This document shows positions 35,799 through 47,593 of a stretch of 64,000 nucleotides of DNA, piece after piece. Source of the DNA: Macrostomum lignano (lineage: Eukaryota); NCBI GenBank assembly GCA_002269645.1, contig NIVC01000694.1, forward strand, positions 248,001 through 312,000. The letters run 5' to 3'. The position numbers and the translations under genes are program-made. The notes beneath the pieces were generated by a model. It saw only the letters and a list, made by a program, of their open reading frames with translations. It had not been told where the DNA came from and did no database searches. Each line of letters begins with the position of its first letter. Within the stretch, counting starts at the first letter, position 1.

Positions 35799-38700
35799 CC
35801 TGCCTGTCTGTCTGTCTGTCTGTCAGTCTGTCTGTCTGTCTGTCTGTCTCAACCAGCTCCCCGGTCCGCCACTCCACTCCAGTTCAGCACCGCGGACCTG
35901 CACGCCATGATGTCGTACATCTTCAGCGACGGTCAGCGCCTCGACTGGCGCCTCTCCCGCCTGCCCTCGCTGGCCTTCCTGGCGCTGCTGCTGCTGTGGA
36001 TTTTGGCCATCCTGGGCGCGCTGCTGCTACTGCGGAAGCCGGCCAAGTGTGAGCGCCGAGCTGAACTCAAATCATTGCGGCTCGCATTGCCATTGCTCAC
36101 ATCGCCGAGCACCCACCACCCCCTCCCGCAGACATCCAGTTCGTGCGCCTGGGGGTCTTTGTGATGCCCGCCGTCATGCTGCTGGTTGGGTACTTCATCC
36201 GCTGGCGCGCCTACAACTTTCACAAGGAGGAGGTGAGCAGCCGCAGTGAACTGCCCTGTAGGCAGCAAATCTGCCAGGAACCCGCTGGCAACAGACAAAT
36301 GCCATCAGACCGGCCTCATCAAGCCGATCGCTGCTTGGCTCTCAAATTCACTTTAGCATTCGGAAGCCCCCGCTGACCTTCCCTGAAATTAAGGGGCAGC
36401 CCAGCAGGCCGGGAGGCTGGGCGGGAAGCGGCTCCCACAGTAATTGATCCGTCATCAACTTTCCTTCGTTGGCACGGAAGCAGTTGGCTTTGCCTCAAAG
36501 ATTGGGAAGAATGAAAGGGGAGGCGGAGAGTGACTGGCGAGAAGCCTGAGCAGGCAGCTCAAACCAAAGCCAGTCTCTGCCCGCTTCATGCCTTAATCCT
36601 CTATGCTTCATCACTTGTGCCACTCCTCAGTTAAGAGCAGGCAGGGGGTGGGGAAGGCAAGTGGCAGCGCGGATGTGCTCGCGGCTCGCAGTGACCGGCA
36701 CAGAAGCTTCTCAGCTGAGCTGGGCTTTTAGCTGCATATGGAGCTTTGTGCGGGATAAACTCACCAGCCTTGCACTGCAATAAACTCACCAGCCTTGCAC
36801 TGCAATAAACTCACCAGCCTTGCACTGCAATAAACTCACCAGCCTTGCACTGCAGTGCGGGATAAACTCACCAGCCTTGCACTGCAATAAACTCACCAGC
36901 CTTGCACTGCAGTGCGGGAAAAACTCACCAACCTTACACTGCAATAAACTCACCAGCCTTGCACTGCAGTTCGGGATAAACTCACCAGCCTTGCACTGCA
37001 GTGCGGGATAAACTCACCAGCCTTGCACTGCAGTGCGGGAAAAACTCACCAACCTTACACTGCAATAAACTCACCAGCCTTGCACTGCAATAAACTCACC
37101 AGCCTTACACTGCAATAAACTCACCAGCCTTGCACTGCAGTTCGGGATAAACTCACCAGCCTTGCACTGCAGTGCGGGATCAACTCACCAGCCTTGCACT
37201 GCAATAAACTCACCAGCCTTGCACTGCAATAAACTCACCAGCCTTGCTCTGCAGTGCGGGATAAACTCACCAGCCTTGCACTGCAGTGCGGGAAAAACTC
37301 ACCAACCTTACATACACTGCAATAAACTCACCAGCCTTGCACTGCAATAAACTCACCAGCCTTACACTGCAATAAACTCACCAGCCTTGCACTGCAGTTC
37401 GGGATAAACTCACCAGCCTTGCACTGCAGTGCGGGATCAACTCACCAGCCTTGCACTGCAATAAACTCACCAGCCTTGCACTGCAATAAACTCACCAGCC
37501 TTGCTCTGCAATAAACTCACCAGCCTTGCTCTACAATAAACTCACCAGCCTTGCACTGCAATAAACTCACCAGCCTTGCACTGCAATAAACTCACCAGCC
37601 TTGCACTGCAATAAACTCACCAGCCTTACACTGCAATAAACTCACCAGCCTTACACTGCAATAAACTCACCAGCCTTGCACTGCAGTTCGGGATAAACTC
37701 ACCAGCCTTGCACTGCAGTGCGGGATCAACTCACCAGCCTTGCACTGCAATAAACTCACCAGCCTTGCACTGCAATAAACTCACCAGCCTTGCTCTGCAA
37801 TAAACTCACCAGCCTTGCTCTGCAATAAACTCACCAGCCTTGCACTGCAGTGCGGGAAAAACTCACCAACCTTACACTGCAATAAACTCACCAGCCTTGC
37901 ACTGCAGTTCGGGATAAACTCACCAGCCTTGCACTGCAGTGCGGGATAAACTCACCAGCCTTGCACTGCAGTGCGGGGATAAACTCACCAGCCTTGCTCT
38001 GCAATAAACTCACCAGCCTTGCACTGCAATAAACTCACCAGCCTTGCACTGCAATAAACTCACCAGCCTTGCACTGCAATAAACTCACCAGCCTTGCTCT
38101 GCAATAAACTCACCAGCCTTGCACTGCAGTGCGGGGATAAACTCACCAGCCTTGCTCTGCAATAAACTCACCAGCCTTGCTCTGCAGTTCGGGATAAACT
38201 CACCAGTCTTGCACTGCAGTGCAGGATAAACTGACCAGCCTTGCTCTGCAGTTCGGGATAAACTCACCAGTCTTGCACTGCAGTGCAGGATAAACTGACC
38301 AGCCTTGCTCTGCAGTTCGGGATAAGCTCACCAGCCTCACTCCGCCATCCCGCAGCTGTCAAGGCGGATTTTCATGAACACGGTGCTGTCGAACGCGCTG
38401 CTGTATGCCAGCAGGCGGCCCTTCATCGTGTCAACCTTCCACTTCAAGAAGGACGACAGCTACCAGGTGCGGGTTCGAATGCTCTTAGCCAAGCTGCGGC
38501 ACTTACCTCTGTGCAAAACTGCAAACCTATTTTTAATGCGATCCAACTGCTTTCAGGTGTTTCTGATGTACTACAATCCTGAGGAGTGCATTGTGAGTAA
38601 TGATTTTTATGATTCACTGACAAACACCAAGTTTAGCAGGGAAGCATCCAGCTGAGTAGGGAACGGCCAGCTGAGTAGGGAACGGTTAGCTGAGTAGGGA

Positions 38701-41700
38701 ACAGCCAGCTGAGTAGGGAACGGTCAGCTGAGTAGGGAACAGCCAGCTGAGTAGGGAACGGTCAGCTGAGTAGGGAACGGCCAGTTGAGTAGGGAACGGT
38801 CAGCTGAGTAGGGAACAGCCAGCTGAGTAGGGAACGGTCAGCTGAGTAGGGAACGGTCAGCTGAGTAGGGAACAGCCAGCTGAGTAGGGAACGGTCAGCT
38901 GAGTAGGGAACAGTCAGCTGAGTAGGGAACAGCCAGCTGAGTAGGGAACAGTCAGCTGAGTAGGGAACGGTCAGCTGAGTAGGGAACAGTCAGCTGAGAA
39001 GGGAACAGCCAGTTGAGTAGGGAACGGTCAGCTGAGTAGGGAACAGCCAGCTGAGTAGGGAACAGCCAGTTGAGTAGGGAACGGTCAGCTGAGTAGGGAA
39101 CAGTCAGTTAAGAAGGGAACGGCCAGTTGAGTAGGGAACAGCCAGCTGAGTAGGGAACGGTCAGCTGAGTAGGGAACGGTCAGCTGAGAAGGGAACAGCC
39201 AGTTGAGTAGGGAACGGTCAGCTGAGTAGGGAACGGTCAGCTGAGAAGGGAACAGCCAGTTGAGTAGGGAACGGTCAGCTGAGTAGGGAACAGTCAGCTG
39301 AAAAGGGAACAGCCAGTTGAGTAGGGAACGGCCAGCTGAGTAGGGAACAGCCAGCTGAGTAGGGAACGGTCTGCTGAGTAGGGAACAGTCAGCTGAGAAG
39401 GGAACGGCCAGTTGAGTAGGGGATCAGCCAGCTGAGTAGGGAACAGTCAGCTGAGTAGGTTGCGGCCAGCTGAGTAGGTTGCGGCCAGCTGAGTAGGTTG
39501 CGGCCAGCTGAGTAGGTTGCGGCCAGCTGAGTAGGTTGCGGCCAGCTCAATCATTCACCGCGCCGCCCGCAGGAACAAATTCGCCAAATTCTGCTGCGAG
39601 TGCGGCCAGCGGAGCACAGGAAGCTGGAGAGCCTGCTGGCAGTGTACACTCTGGACTCCGACTATCTTAGAGGCGTGAGTCTGCTCAGCTCGCGCACTTT
39701 TGACGATTAAAATTCTCGAGCTCACTGAGAGCACAGTCTGGTGGGAGTTCAGTCCGCGCTCAGCTCCCCGAGGGAAATCGGGGAGGGCGGCGGTATTTCC
39801 CCAGAAAATATCCTTTCGGCTCAAAGGCGGGGGGCTCCGCAGACACGGGAGACTTTGGTGGACTTTCATTTGGATTTTAAGCATGGAACGCGTGCCGATA
39901 AAGATTGCCGTTTCAATTGAATCTTGTTGGCACTTTCAAGACTTGAAGCCCAGCAGCACTGCATACTGCAGCTGGAGTCCATGAATTCAAGCACTGCATG
40001 GGTGCAGGCAGCAGCTGGAGTCCATGAATTCAAGCACTGCATGGGTGCAGGCAGCAGCTGGAGTCCATGAATTCAAGCACTGCATGGGTGCAGCAGCTGG
40101 AGTCCATGAATTCAAGCACTGCATGGGTGCAGGCAGCAGCTGGAGTCCATGAATTCAAGCACTGCATGGGTGCAGGCAGCAGCTGGAGTCCATGAATTCA
40201 AGCACTGCATGGGTGCAGGCAGCAGCTGGAGTCCATGAATTCAAGCACTGCATGGGTGCAGGCAGCAGCTGGAGTCCATGAATTCAAGCACTGCATGGGT
40301 GCAGGCAGCAGCTGGAGTCCATGAATTCAAGCACTGCATGGGTGCAGGCAGCAGCTGGAGTCCATGAATTCAAGCACTGCATGGGTGCAGGCAGCAGCTG
40401 GAGTCCATGAATTCAAGCACTGCATGGGTGCAGGCAGCAGCTGGAGTCCATGAATTCAAGCACTGCATGGGTGCAGGCAGCAGCTGGAGTCCATGAATTC
40501 AAGCACTGCATGGGTGCAGGCAGCAGCTGGAGTCCATGAATTCAAGCACTGCATGGGTGCAGGCAGCAGCTGGAGTCCATGAATTCAAGCACTGCATGGG
40601 TGCAGCAGCTGGAGTCCATGAATTCAAGCACTGCATGGGTGCAGCAGCTGGAGTCCATGAATTCAAGCACTGCATGGGTGCAGCAGCTGGAGTCCATGAA
40701 TTCAAGCACTGCATGGGTGCAGGCAGCAGCTGGAGTCCATGAATTCAAGCACCGCATGGGTGCAGGCAGCAGCTGGAGTCCATGAATTCAAGCACTGCAT
40801 GGGTGCAGCAGCTGGAGTCCATGAATTCAAGCACTGCATGGGTGCAGCAGCTGGAGTCCATGAATTCAAGCACTGCATGGGTGCAGCAGCTGGAGTCCAT
40901 GAATTCAAGCACTGCATGGGTGCAGGCAGCATCTGGAGTCCATGAATTCAAGCACTGCATGGGTGCAGCAGCTGGAGTCCATGAATTCAAGCACTGCATG
41001 GGTGCAGGCAGCAGCTGGAGTCCATGAATTCAAGCACTGCATGGGTGCAGGCAGCAGCTGGAGTCCATGAATTCAAGCACTGCATGGGTGCAGCAGCTGG
41101 AGTCCATGAATTCAAGCACTGCATGGGTGCAGGCAGCAGCTGGAGTCCATGAATTCAAGCACTGCATGGGTGCAGGCAGCAGCTGGAGTCCATGAATTCA
41201 AGCACTGCATGGGTGCAGGCAGCAGCTGGAGTCCATGAATTCAAGCACTGCATGGGTGCAGCAGCTGGAGTCCATGAATTCAAGCACTGCATGGGTGCAG
41301 GCAGCAGCTGGAGTCCATGAATTCAAGCACTGCATGGGTGCAGGCAGCAGCTGGAGTCCATGAATTCAAGCACTGCATGGGTGCAGGCAGCAGCTGGAGT
41401 CCATGAATTCAAGCACTGCATGGGTGCAGGCAGCAGCTGGAGTCCATGAATTCAAGCACTGCATGGGTGCAGCAGCTGGAGTCCATGAATTCAAGCACTG
41501 CATGGGCGCAGCAGCTGGAGTCCATGAAAATATGCAGAAATTAAGACCGCCATCCTCTGTTCTGCATCCTCTCTGTAGCTTGACATTGCTGATGATGCCG
41601 TGTCTTCTAGGTCCTTGATTTGTCTTTTTTTCATCTGCCCCAGCGTCTGTACCCAGTGTTAGATTCGTATTGAGTTTCTGGGATACCTGGTAAATTAGAT

Positions 41701-42385
41701 ACCTGGATACCAGATTAGATATCAGGATACCAGATTAGATACCTGGATACCAGATTAGATATCAGGATACCAGATTAGATACCTGGATACCAGATTAGAT
41801 ATCAGGATACCAGATTAGATATCAGGATACCAGATTAGATACCTGGATACCAGATTAGATACCAGGTTACATACCTGGTTGCTTAAACACGAAGGTCCAG
41901 AAGGTGAATTTTGGGAATTTAGCTCGTAGTGCTAGAGGAGCTGGAAGCTCCTGTCTCGCAGCGAGAACCGGCACGGCCCAACTTCTCTCCGGCAGCACCG
42001 GCTGGAGGAGCGAATCGCCGTGATGATGTGCGGCGCCTACGGCCTGGAGCTGGCCACCAAGAAGCTTCCGGCGCCGATCGAGCAGCGGCACACCCGCAAG
42101 CGGCAGTGCCTGTGCCAGTTCGTGGAGGAGTTCCTGGCGGCCTACCTGCCCATGCTGCAGCATTCGGAGTCCTTCACCGTGCAGCACATCCGGACTGTGT
42201 TCCTGCGCTACCTGAACTGCACCATCTCTCCCGACCAGGTGGTGGTTGAGACCCTCGGCCTGGGCTGCCCCAGCGATCCGGAGGCCGAAGAGCGCCAGCG
42301 ACGGCCGGGCGCGTTGCTGGAGGACAAGGTCGGCGACCCGGCCGCGGCCGAGCCGATGCCGCTGGAGCAGGAGGAGGCTGTGTGA
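31651..42385 (+). CDS. TIR-domain + TMEM268-like two-TM protein (exons 31651-31723 [tentative], 33673-34443, 34535-34725, 35883-36048, 36132-36232, 38356-38466, 38557-38592, 39573-39674, 41996-42385)
   Basis: TIR boxes YHAFVCY, RLCYDMRDF, S.RVILVLS..F....W...E, IIPV.L and FFDRL..L. Then NGHLLVLAR, two hydrophobic helices, VLSNALL, VFLMYYNPEEC and RHTRKRQCLCQFVEEFL, which track TMEM268 as I recall it (NGQVLTVLR, ANGALL, LWFVYFDLENC, RHT..PCPCQLIE). Every junction is GT..AG and phase-consistent. Confidence 0.8.
31790..32670. repeat. 23/25-bp alternating minisatellite (AG[C/T]AGGGAGCGGGAAGTCA + CACCCA/GTCG) in the TIR gene intron
   Basis: Tandem units read directly. Confidence 0.94.
33200..33652. 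repeat. 20-bp minisatellite (CATCTCCAGCCTTCAATTCT) ending at the acceptor of the TIR exon
   Basis: Tandem units read directly. Confidence 0.94.
34745..35030. repeat. ~28-bp minisatellite (GATGCCGGACCCAGCACCTTCTCCTGCA)
   Basis: Tandem units read directly. Confidence 0.9.
35748..35849. repeat. (TGTC)n microsatellite
   Basis: Read directly. Confidence 0.94.
36755..38340. repeat. 25/33-bp minisatellite (AAACTCACCAGCCTTGCACTGCA + AT / GTGCGGGAT)
   Basis: About 55 units read directly, intronic. Confidence 0.95.
38648..39545. repeat. 19-bp minisatellite (CAGCTGAGTAGGGAAC[G/A]G[T/C]) grading into an 18-bp variant
   Basis: Tandem units read directly, intronic. Confidence 0.95.
39955..41527. repeat. 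39/43-bp minisatellite (GCAGCAGCTGGAGTCCATGAATTCAAGCACTGCATGGGTGCAG), ~37 copies
   Basis: Tandem units read directly, intronic. Confidence 0.96.
41695..41868. repeat. 20-bp minisatellite (GATACCTGGATACCAGATTA)
   Basis: Tandem units read directly. Confidence 0.92.
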
Positions 42386-43057
42386 GCTGACGGCTTTGCA
42401 GAAATTTGCGAGCTCAAGCAGATGCTGCTTGCTGTGATCCTGCATGCAAACCGCAGCTACTTCGTAAAACGCTCGAATCGCATCAATCTTAGCTGGTTTA
42501 AAAGTTCAACAAAGATTTTTCTCATGCCGCGTTTTCAACTGGCGCACACTTTGAGTGCAGTTGGACTCGAAGTGGCTGCGCTACGAAAGGGAAATAAAAA
42601 AAATAAATTATGTGCATGCTATTGCTTTGACAAACTCACTAACTTGAGGCGATGCTTATTTTAACTTGTTTACTTAAAATATTATGTTATTCCATATTCC
42701 CAATGCCTTTAAACACTTTGGACCACATGTACCACTTTTATAGCAGGACTGGAAGATTAGTAGGAGGCAAGACTCTGCAATCTGCTGACCAATTAAAGCC
42801 AGAATACACCTGTGCCAAGCATAGGGTTCTTCATTGTTAATTTTATTGACATGAAACTATCAATTATAGATGCTTTACCAGAAAATGCACTGTGCCATAG
42901 ACAAATAACCTGCGGGACAAACTTCTGTGGGGTCCTGAAGCAAAAGTTCACCTCAGGAAGGTGTACATACAATATTTTCAACACTGAAAAATTTCTATGC
43001 TTCAAAATTACGTTTTGCATGAACGAACCACCAAAGTATGCAAATTTTAAGGTACGC

Positions 43058-43262
43058 CGAAGTTCTGGCACAGGTGATGTGCTTTCTGCAAGCTGGCACG
43101 CTATCAATTAGTGCAGTTCTGGCACAGGTGATGTGCTTTCTGCAAGCTGGCACGCTATCAATTAGTGCAGTTCTGGCACAGGTGATGTGCTTTCTGCAAG
43201 CTGGCACGCTATCAATTAGTGCAGTTCTGGCACAGGTGATGTGCTTTCTGCAAGCCGGCACG
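43058..43262. repeat. 54-bp tandem repeat (GCAGTTCTGGCACAGGTGATGTGCTTTCTGCAAGCTGGCACGCTATCAATTAGT), ~3.7 copies
   Basis: Tandem units read directly. Confidence 0.92.
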
Positions 43263-44476
43263 CGAATTCTCAGAAGAGCCTGCAGCATTTGCCAGGCACC
43301 CAAAAGGTTTGCCAAGAACGGGCCAACAGAGCTGTTGAACTCGAACACGGGAGATGCCTGCGGCAGCAGCAGCGTACGTGGCCTCAAAGCAAAGATCAAA
43401 GCCAGCAGATTGACTGCACGTGAATTAAATTTGTCATCGAAAGCTTGCCAAGCAAAAAGGATCTGTGTAGCTGACGGTTCTTACATGTTCATTACTCGTT
43501 CATTACATGTATGAACGTGTTGAACTGGAATTCGAATTCAGTTTCGCTTCAACAAACCCAATAGGAAGCAACTGGAGTCATATTCATAAAGCCATCAAAA
43601 AACTATATTATCAGTCTTTGTACTGTAGTTGAGCTGGCCCACACGTACGTCGGACCCCGTTGGAGACATGCACAACAGCATACTGATCCATGGTGGGGGC
43701 CGGTTTATCTCACCTGGACTAAAAAAAACTCAGAACGCTCAGCAACGAGTGCATGATTGTCGGTCCGAGTACGAAACAAGGGACGTTTTTCTCCCTATCC
43801 GTAATCAATCAGCATTCATTCGATTTCAGCAGAGGCATGATAAAGCTCAAGCCCTAACGAATGAATGGGAATATACAGCTACATGGACGTGTTTCCGCGT
43901 ATGAAGTGGGCAGGAAAGCGGGGAAAAAATGATGGAACAAACTTTAGCTACATAGTGAGCATTGCCTCTGCTGCCCTGTTACGTGTTACCCTATTTGGAA
44001 TAATTACTCACAATTTACGCCTATGGCCTATCCATTACTTAAAATTATTCTTTTATGCGTGACTGTATGCTTTACAGTTAATCGAAGCAAAATCTATCTA
44101 AAGTATATCAAAGTGTTTTCGAGCAGTCTTTTATTTTTAGGCTTTTAAGTTGTTCCACGTTTTGAAAATTATTTAATTAGATTAGTTTATCATTGTAATT
44201 TTGTGCAATTTTAAATTTTAAAAGAAAATTCAGCGTGCGCGCCGGGCTCTCGAAGTCACTGCGTGCCCGTGGTGGTGGCCGTACAGTACAACAACGTGCA
44301 ATGCAATGCTTATGGATAGTGGCAGACACCCGCGGCCGCCACTGGAACACCACATATGGCACGCGCGGAGTACGGGGCACATCCTCTGGCGTTAAAGACG
44401 GGCGGGGTGCTGACTGTGCCGACGCGATGGAAGGAAGCTAGTTAGACATCTGGCCAACTTAATTTAATTACAAATA

Positions 44477-44544
44477 GGCAGTGCTTATCCCCACGGTACC
44501 GTAGGAATAATTTCTCCAACGGTACCGTGGGGATAAGCACTGCC
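44477..44544. mobile_element. 68-bp hairpin mini-element with 26-bp perfect TIRs and a 9-bp TSD (TTACAAATA), Mutator-like
   Basis: GGCAGTGCTTATCCCCACGGTACCGT-16 nt-ACGGTACCGTGGGGATAAGCACTGCC; identical TTACAAATA at 44468-44476 and 44545-44553. Confidence 0.75.
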
Positions 44545-44660
44545 TTACAAATAACAAAGCAGCGGCAGAGCTAGTTCGCCAAGGAGAGTACAGAAAAAAA
44601 TGAAAAAGTTGAATTATTTTATTTATTCTACAGTCCAAAATAAATTGTCAATGTGTAGAC

Positions 44661-44692
44661 CAAGGACTTCTAGACTAGTCTAGAAGTCCTTG
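44661..44692. mobile_element. 32-bp perfect palindrome with an 8-bp TSD (GTGTAGAC), hAT-like mini-insertion
   Basis: CAAGGACTTCTAGACTAGTCTAGAAGTCCTTG flanked by GTGTAGAC at 44653-44660 and 44693-44700; the central TA of the TSD is typical of hAT Buster/Charlie targets. Confidence 0.68.
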
Positions 44693-46149
44693 GTGTAGAC
44701 TCCACTCTCCAGATGGTGTAAGACCAAGATGGCCACACTTTACCATTAATTAGCTTTAGCAATATAATAGCTATTCTTATATTAATTATTATTCTTATAT
44801 TACAGCAACCATCTTGATGTGTGGCCATCTTGGTCATATGCCCTCCAGATGATTATTTTAGCAAAAATGATTGCTGTTAGGCCCCTAAATTGTTGGCTAA
44901 TTTTAGGTAGGCCTACTTATAGTTTTGAACAAAAACTACTACTAGGCCTAATTTTGGAATTTCAGTGCCTCTATATCTGCCTTAACCATTGGCATGGCAT
45001 TGGATTTTTAGACAGTTCTAGTCAAGAAAATGACACAGTGTGCACTATTTAAGGCCTGTTATAACACACAATTCTCTATCTAGCTATAAAATCAAATGTG
45101 CACATTACCATGTCTCTATGCCTAGATGTGCTAATTACTAAGCCCAAGGAATATTTTGTACTCATTATGCTTCAATTCAAACAAAGGTATATACATATTA
45201 CATATGATATATATTCCTTTTTAGAATAAAAAACTATATAAAAATGCCATCTAATTTATATATAGTATATGCAATGGTTTTAGGCTTGTTATATTTAATG
45301 TATGAAATATCTATATATATATAGACTTTAATAACATATAGCGCTAGGCTTAGCAATAGCAAAATATAGGCCTAGGCAGGTAATAGGCAAAATATAGGCC
45401 TAATAATAATATATAAGCCTAGCAAAATAATATTAAATGCTAATGCTAAGCATGCTAAGCAATGCTAAGCAATGCTAAGTATATAGTTCGCCTTTTGTTA
45501 TTATATTAATATAGTTTTATATTTATGCTGTAGATTTAGTTTTATTTATTAGCCACAGCAGACTTGTCTATGTCTATGACTTAATATGAGCCATACTATA
45601 TGTTAAATAATATTTATATGTAAAAAGGCAAAGCTGGCAAGAAAGCCAAAAAAATATAAAGTAACTGTGGGAGCAAAGACTCTGGAAAGAACCACAACAT
45701 AACAATTTATTATTAGAAATATTTTAGCTATTATAGAATATTAATTACATATTAGAATAGATAATACTTAATATTAAATAATATAAAAAGGCCTATCATT
45801 ATATACTAGTTAATGAAGTTTTATATTTTAATAATATGCCTAGTCACTTTGTCTTTAGTTAATAACAAATAATGATAATGTCATTTTTGTAGTAATATAT
45901 ATTAGTATATTTTGAAAAAGAAATATAAAAAATAACTAGGAAAGACAAAAAGGGAATTGTTAAAATGTATAATACTATTTTTTACTTTATAGGCCCTAAG
46001 TTTAGTGGCCACAGTGGTTGCAATTTTAGTAGGTTACCTTATACTATCTCCTTGCACTGTGAACTGCACAGGAGTCTAAAGCCTCTAAGCCTAGCTTTGC
46101 CACCAGGTCTTGGACTATTGCCTGCAACAAGCTAACTGTAGCCTTTAGA

Positions 46150-46900
46150 TCTGCAATCTTGGTGCTGCCACAACTAGTTCTAGCTGCCGCTATAAGAGTC
46201 TGTTGGCTTCCATCCATGGTAGCAGAAGGCAGCTCCAGCAGCAGTTGTGCCTATGCAAGGGCATCACTCACCATCTTGACTATTGTGTTGGCTCTGATTT
46301 GTCTGCTGAAATCTGCCAGCAGTCCATGGATGAAGTGATAGATCAGCATGGTCTATGGCATTTTTGTTGCTAATTCTAGTGTATTTGAGTAATTGCTTCA
46401 GGTGGTAAAAAAATAGCCAAGGAGGTTCACTAGGCAGCAGCTTCCAGCTCTTGAATGCCTCTAGTGCTAAGAAGTGCTGGCTATCTAGGTGGAAAGCCTC
46501 CATTAATGCTTTGATCACCTGACTATAGTTGCTTTTATCCTTCTTGTCAAGCTCAAAGAAAACTATCAGAGCCTTGCTATCCAAAAACATTGGCAGATGC
46601 AAGTGTTTATCATATGACCACTTGTTGGCTGCTATACAGCTCAAACTGCTACAAAGTTGACAGAGCTAAAAGTTCTTAGAATTGCATAATGGCTGCCATC
46701 TGCCATTCTGAGCTCTGCTACCACTTGTGACCTGTGGTATTTGGCAGTGTAAAAAATCCACAAAGGCCCCTTAAGGCAGTGCTTGCTATATTTATGCAAC
46801 TTGAATTAGCAATGTACATAGAGAGCCAATGTTCATTAAAGTAATACTATTACTTAGCAAAATATTTGTCATAGTTCAATAATTGCTAGTAAGGCAAGGA
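46150..46900 (-). mobile_element. Heavily decayed LTR retrotransposon 5' fragment (gag remnant + tRNA-iMet PBS); boundaries approximate
   Basis: Minus strand ...TCACA-AG-TGGTAGCAGAG (PBS 46723-46713, complementary to initiator tRNA-Met), followed by the gag-like remnant C..NKW...K...LP.FL...AL..F.EL...K..Y..V..AL...F. Confidence 0.65.
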
Positions 46901-47119
46901 ATAAAACTATTACATATGTGTGTATACAGTATATCTGTATATATCAATATAAATTTATATTGATCTGTTAATTATTATAAGAGATACTAAATATACTAAA
47001 TACTAAAAGTATATTATATTCAATAAACTTGTAACAATAGACTAATATATTTGCTTAATCTCCTAGTAAGCAACTTGAAACAGTAGCTTTAACTTTATTA
47101 TATTATTGTTCATGCTTGG

Positions 47120-47275
47120 GCGCAACCTAGGGATTCACCCGGCCGTTTCTATTGGCAACACACACATGTAAGTCGCTATTGGACGGAATAGTAGTCACGT
47201 GACTGCTCTCAGCCAATAGCGACTTACATGTGTGTGTTGCCAATCGAAACGGCCGAGTGATTCCCAAGGTTGCGC
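47120..47275. mobile_element. ~156-bp foldback MITE, copy 1 (CpG-intact)
   Basis: About 63-bp near-perfect inverted arms (GCGCAACC...GTCGCTATTGG / CCAATAGCGAC...GGTTGCGC) around a GTCACGTGAC core. Confidence 0.8.
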
Positions 47276-47442
47276 ATGTATGTTATTGTTCATTTTCTGG
47301 TTTTAGCTCATTAATTAGGCCTTATTACCAAAGTGAATTATAGTATTAAAAACTAATTTTTAACTTTTGTTTAACTTAAGTAAAATAAAAGTTCTTAAAA
47401 TGTCTAAAACAACAACAACAACAAAGTACTTCATATGCTTGG

Positions 47443-47593
47443 GCGCAACCTTGGGATTCACTTTGCCATTTCTATTGGCAACACACATGTAAGTTGCTAT
47501 TAGGCAGAATAGTTAATCATGTGACTGCTCTTAGCCAATAGCAACTTACATGTATTGCCAATAGAAATGGCTGGGTGATTCCCAAGTTTGCGC
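47443..47593. mobile_element. Second, CpG-eroded copy of the same foldback MITE
   Basis: Colinear with 47120-47275, with CpG>TpG/CpA changes. Confidence 0.78.

Noticed and set aside
42790-44440. Short ORFs and a CpG-rich patch downstream of the TIR gene
   Set aside because: No recognisable domain, TIR/TSD or consistent splicing.
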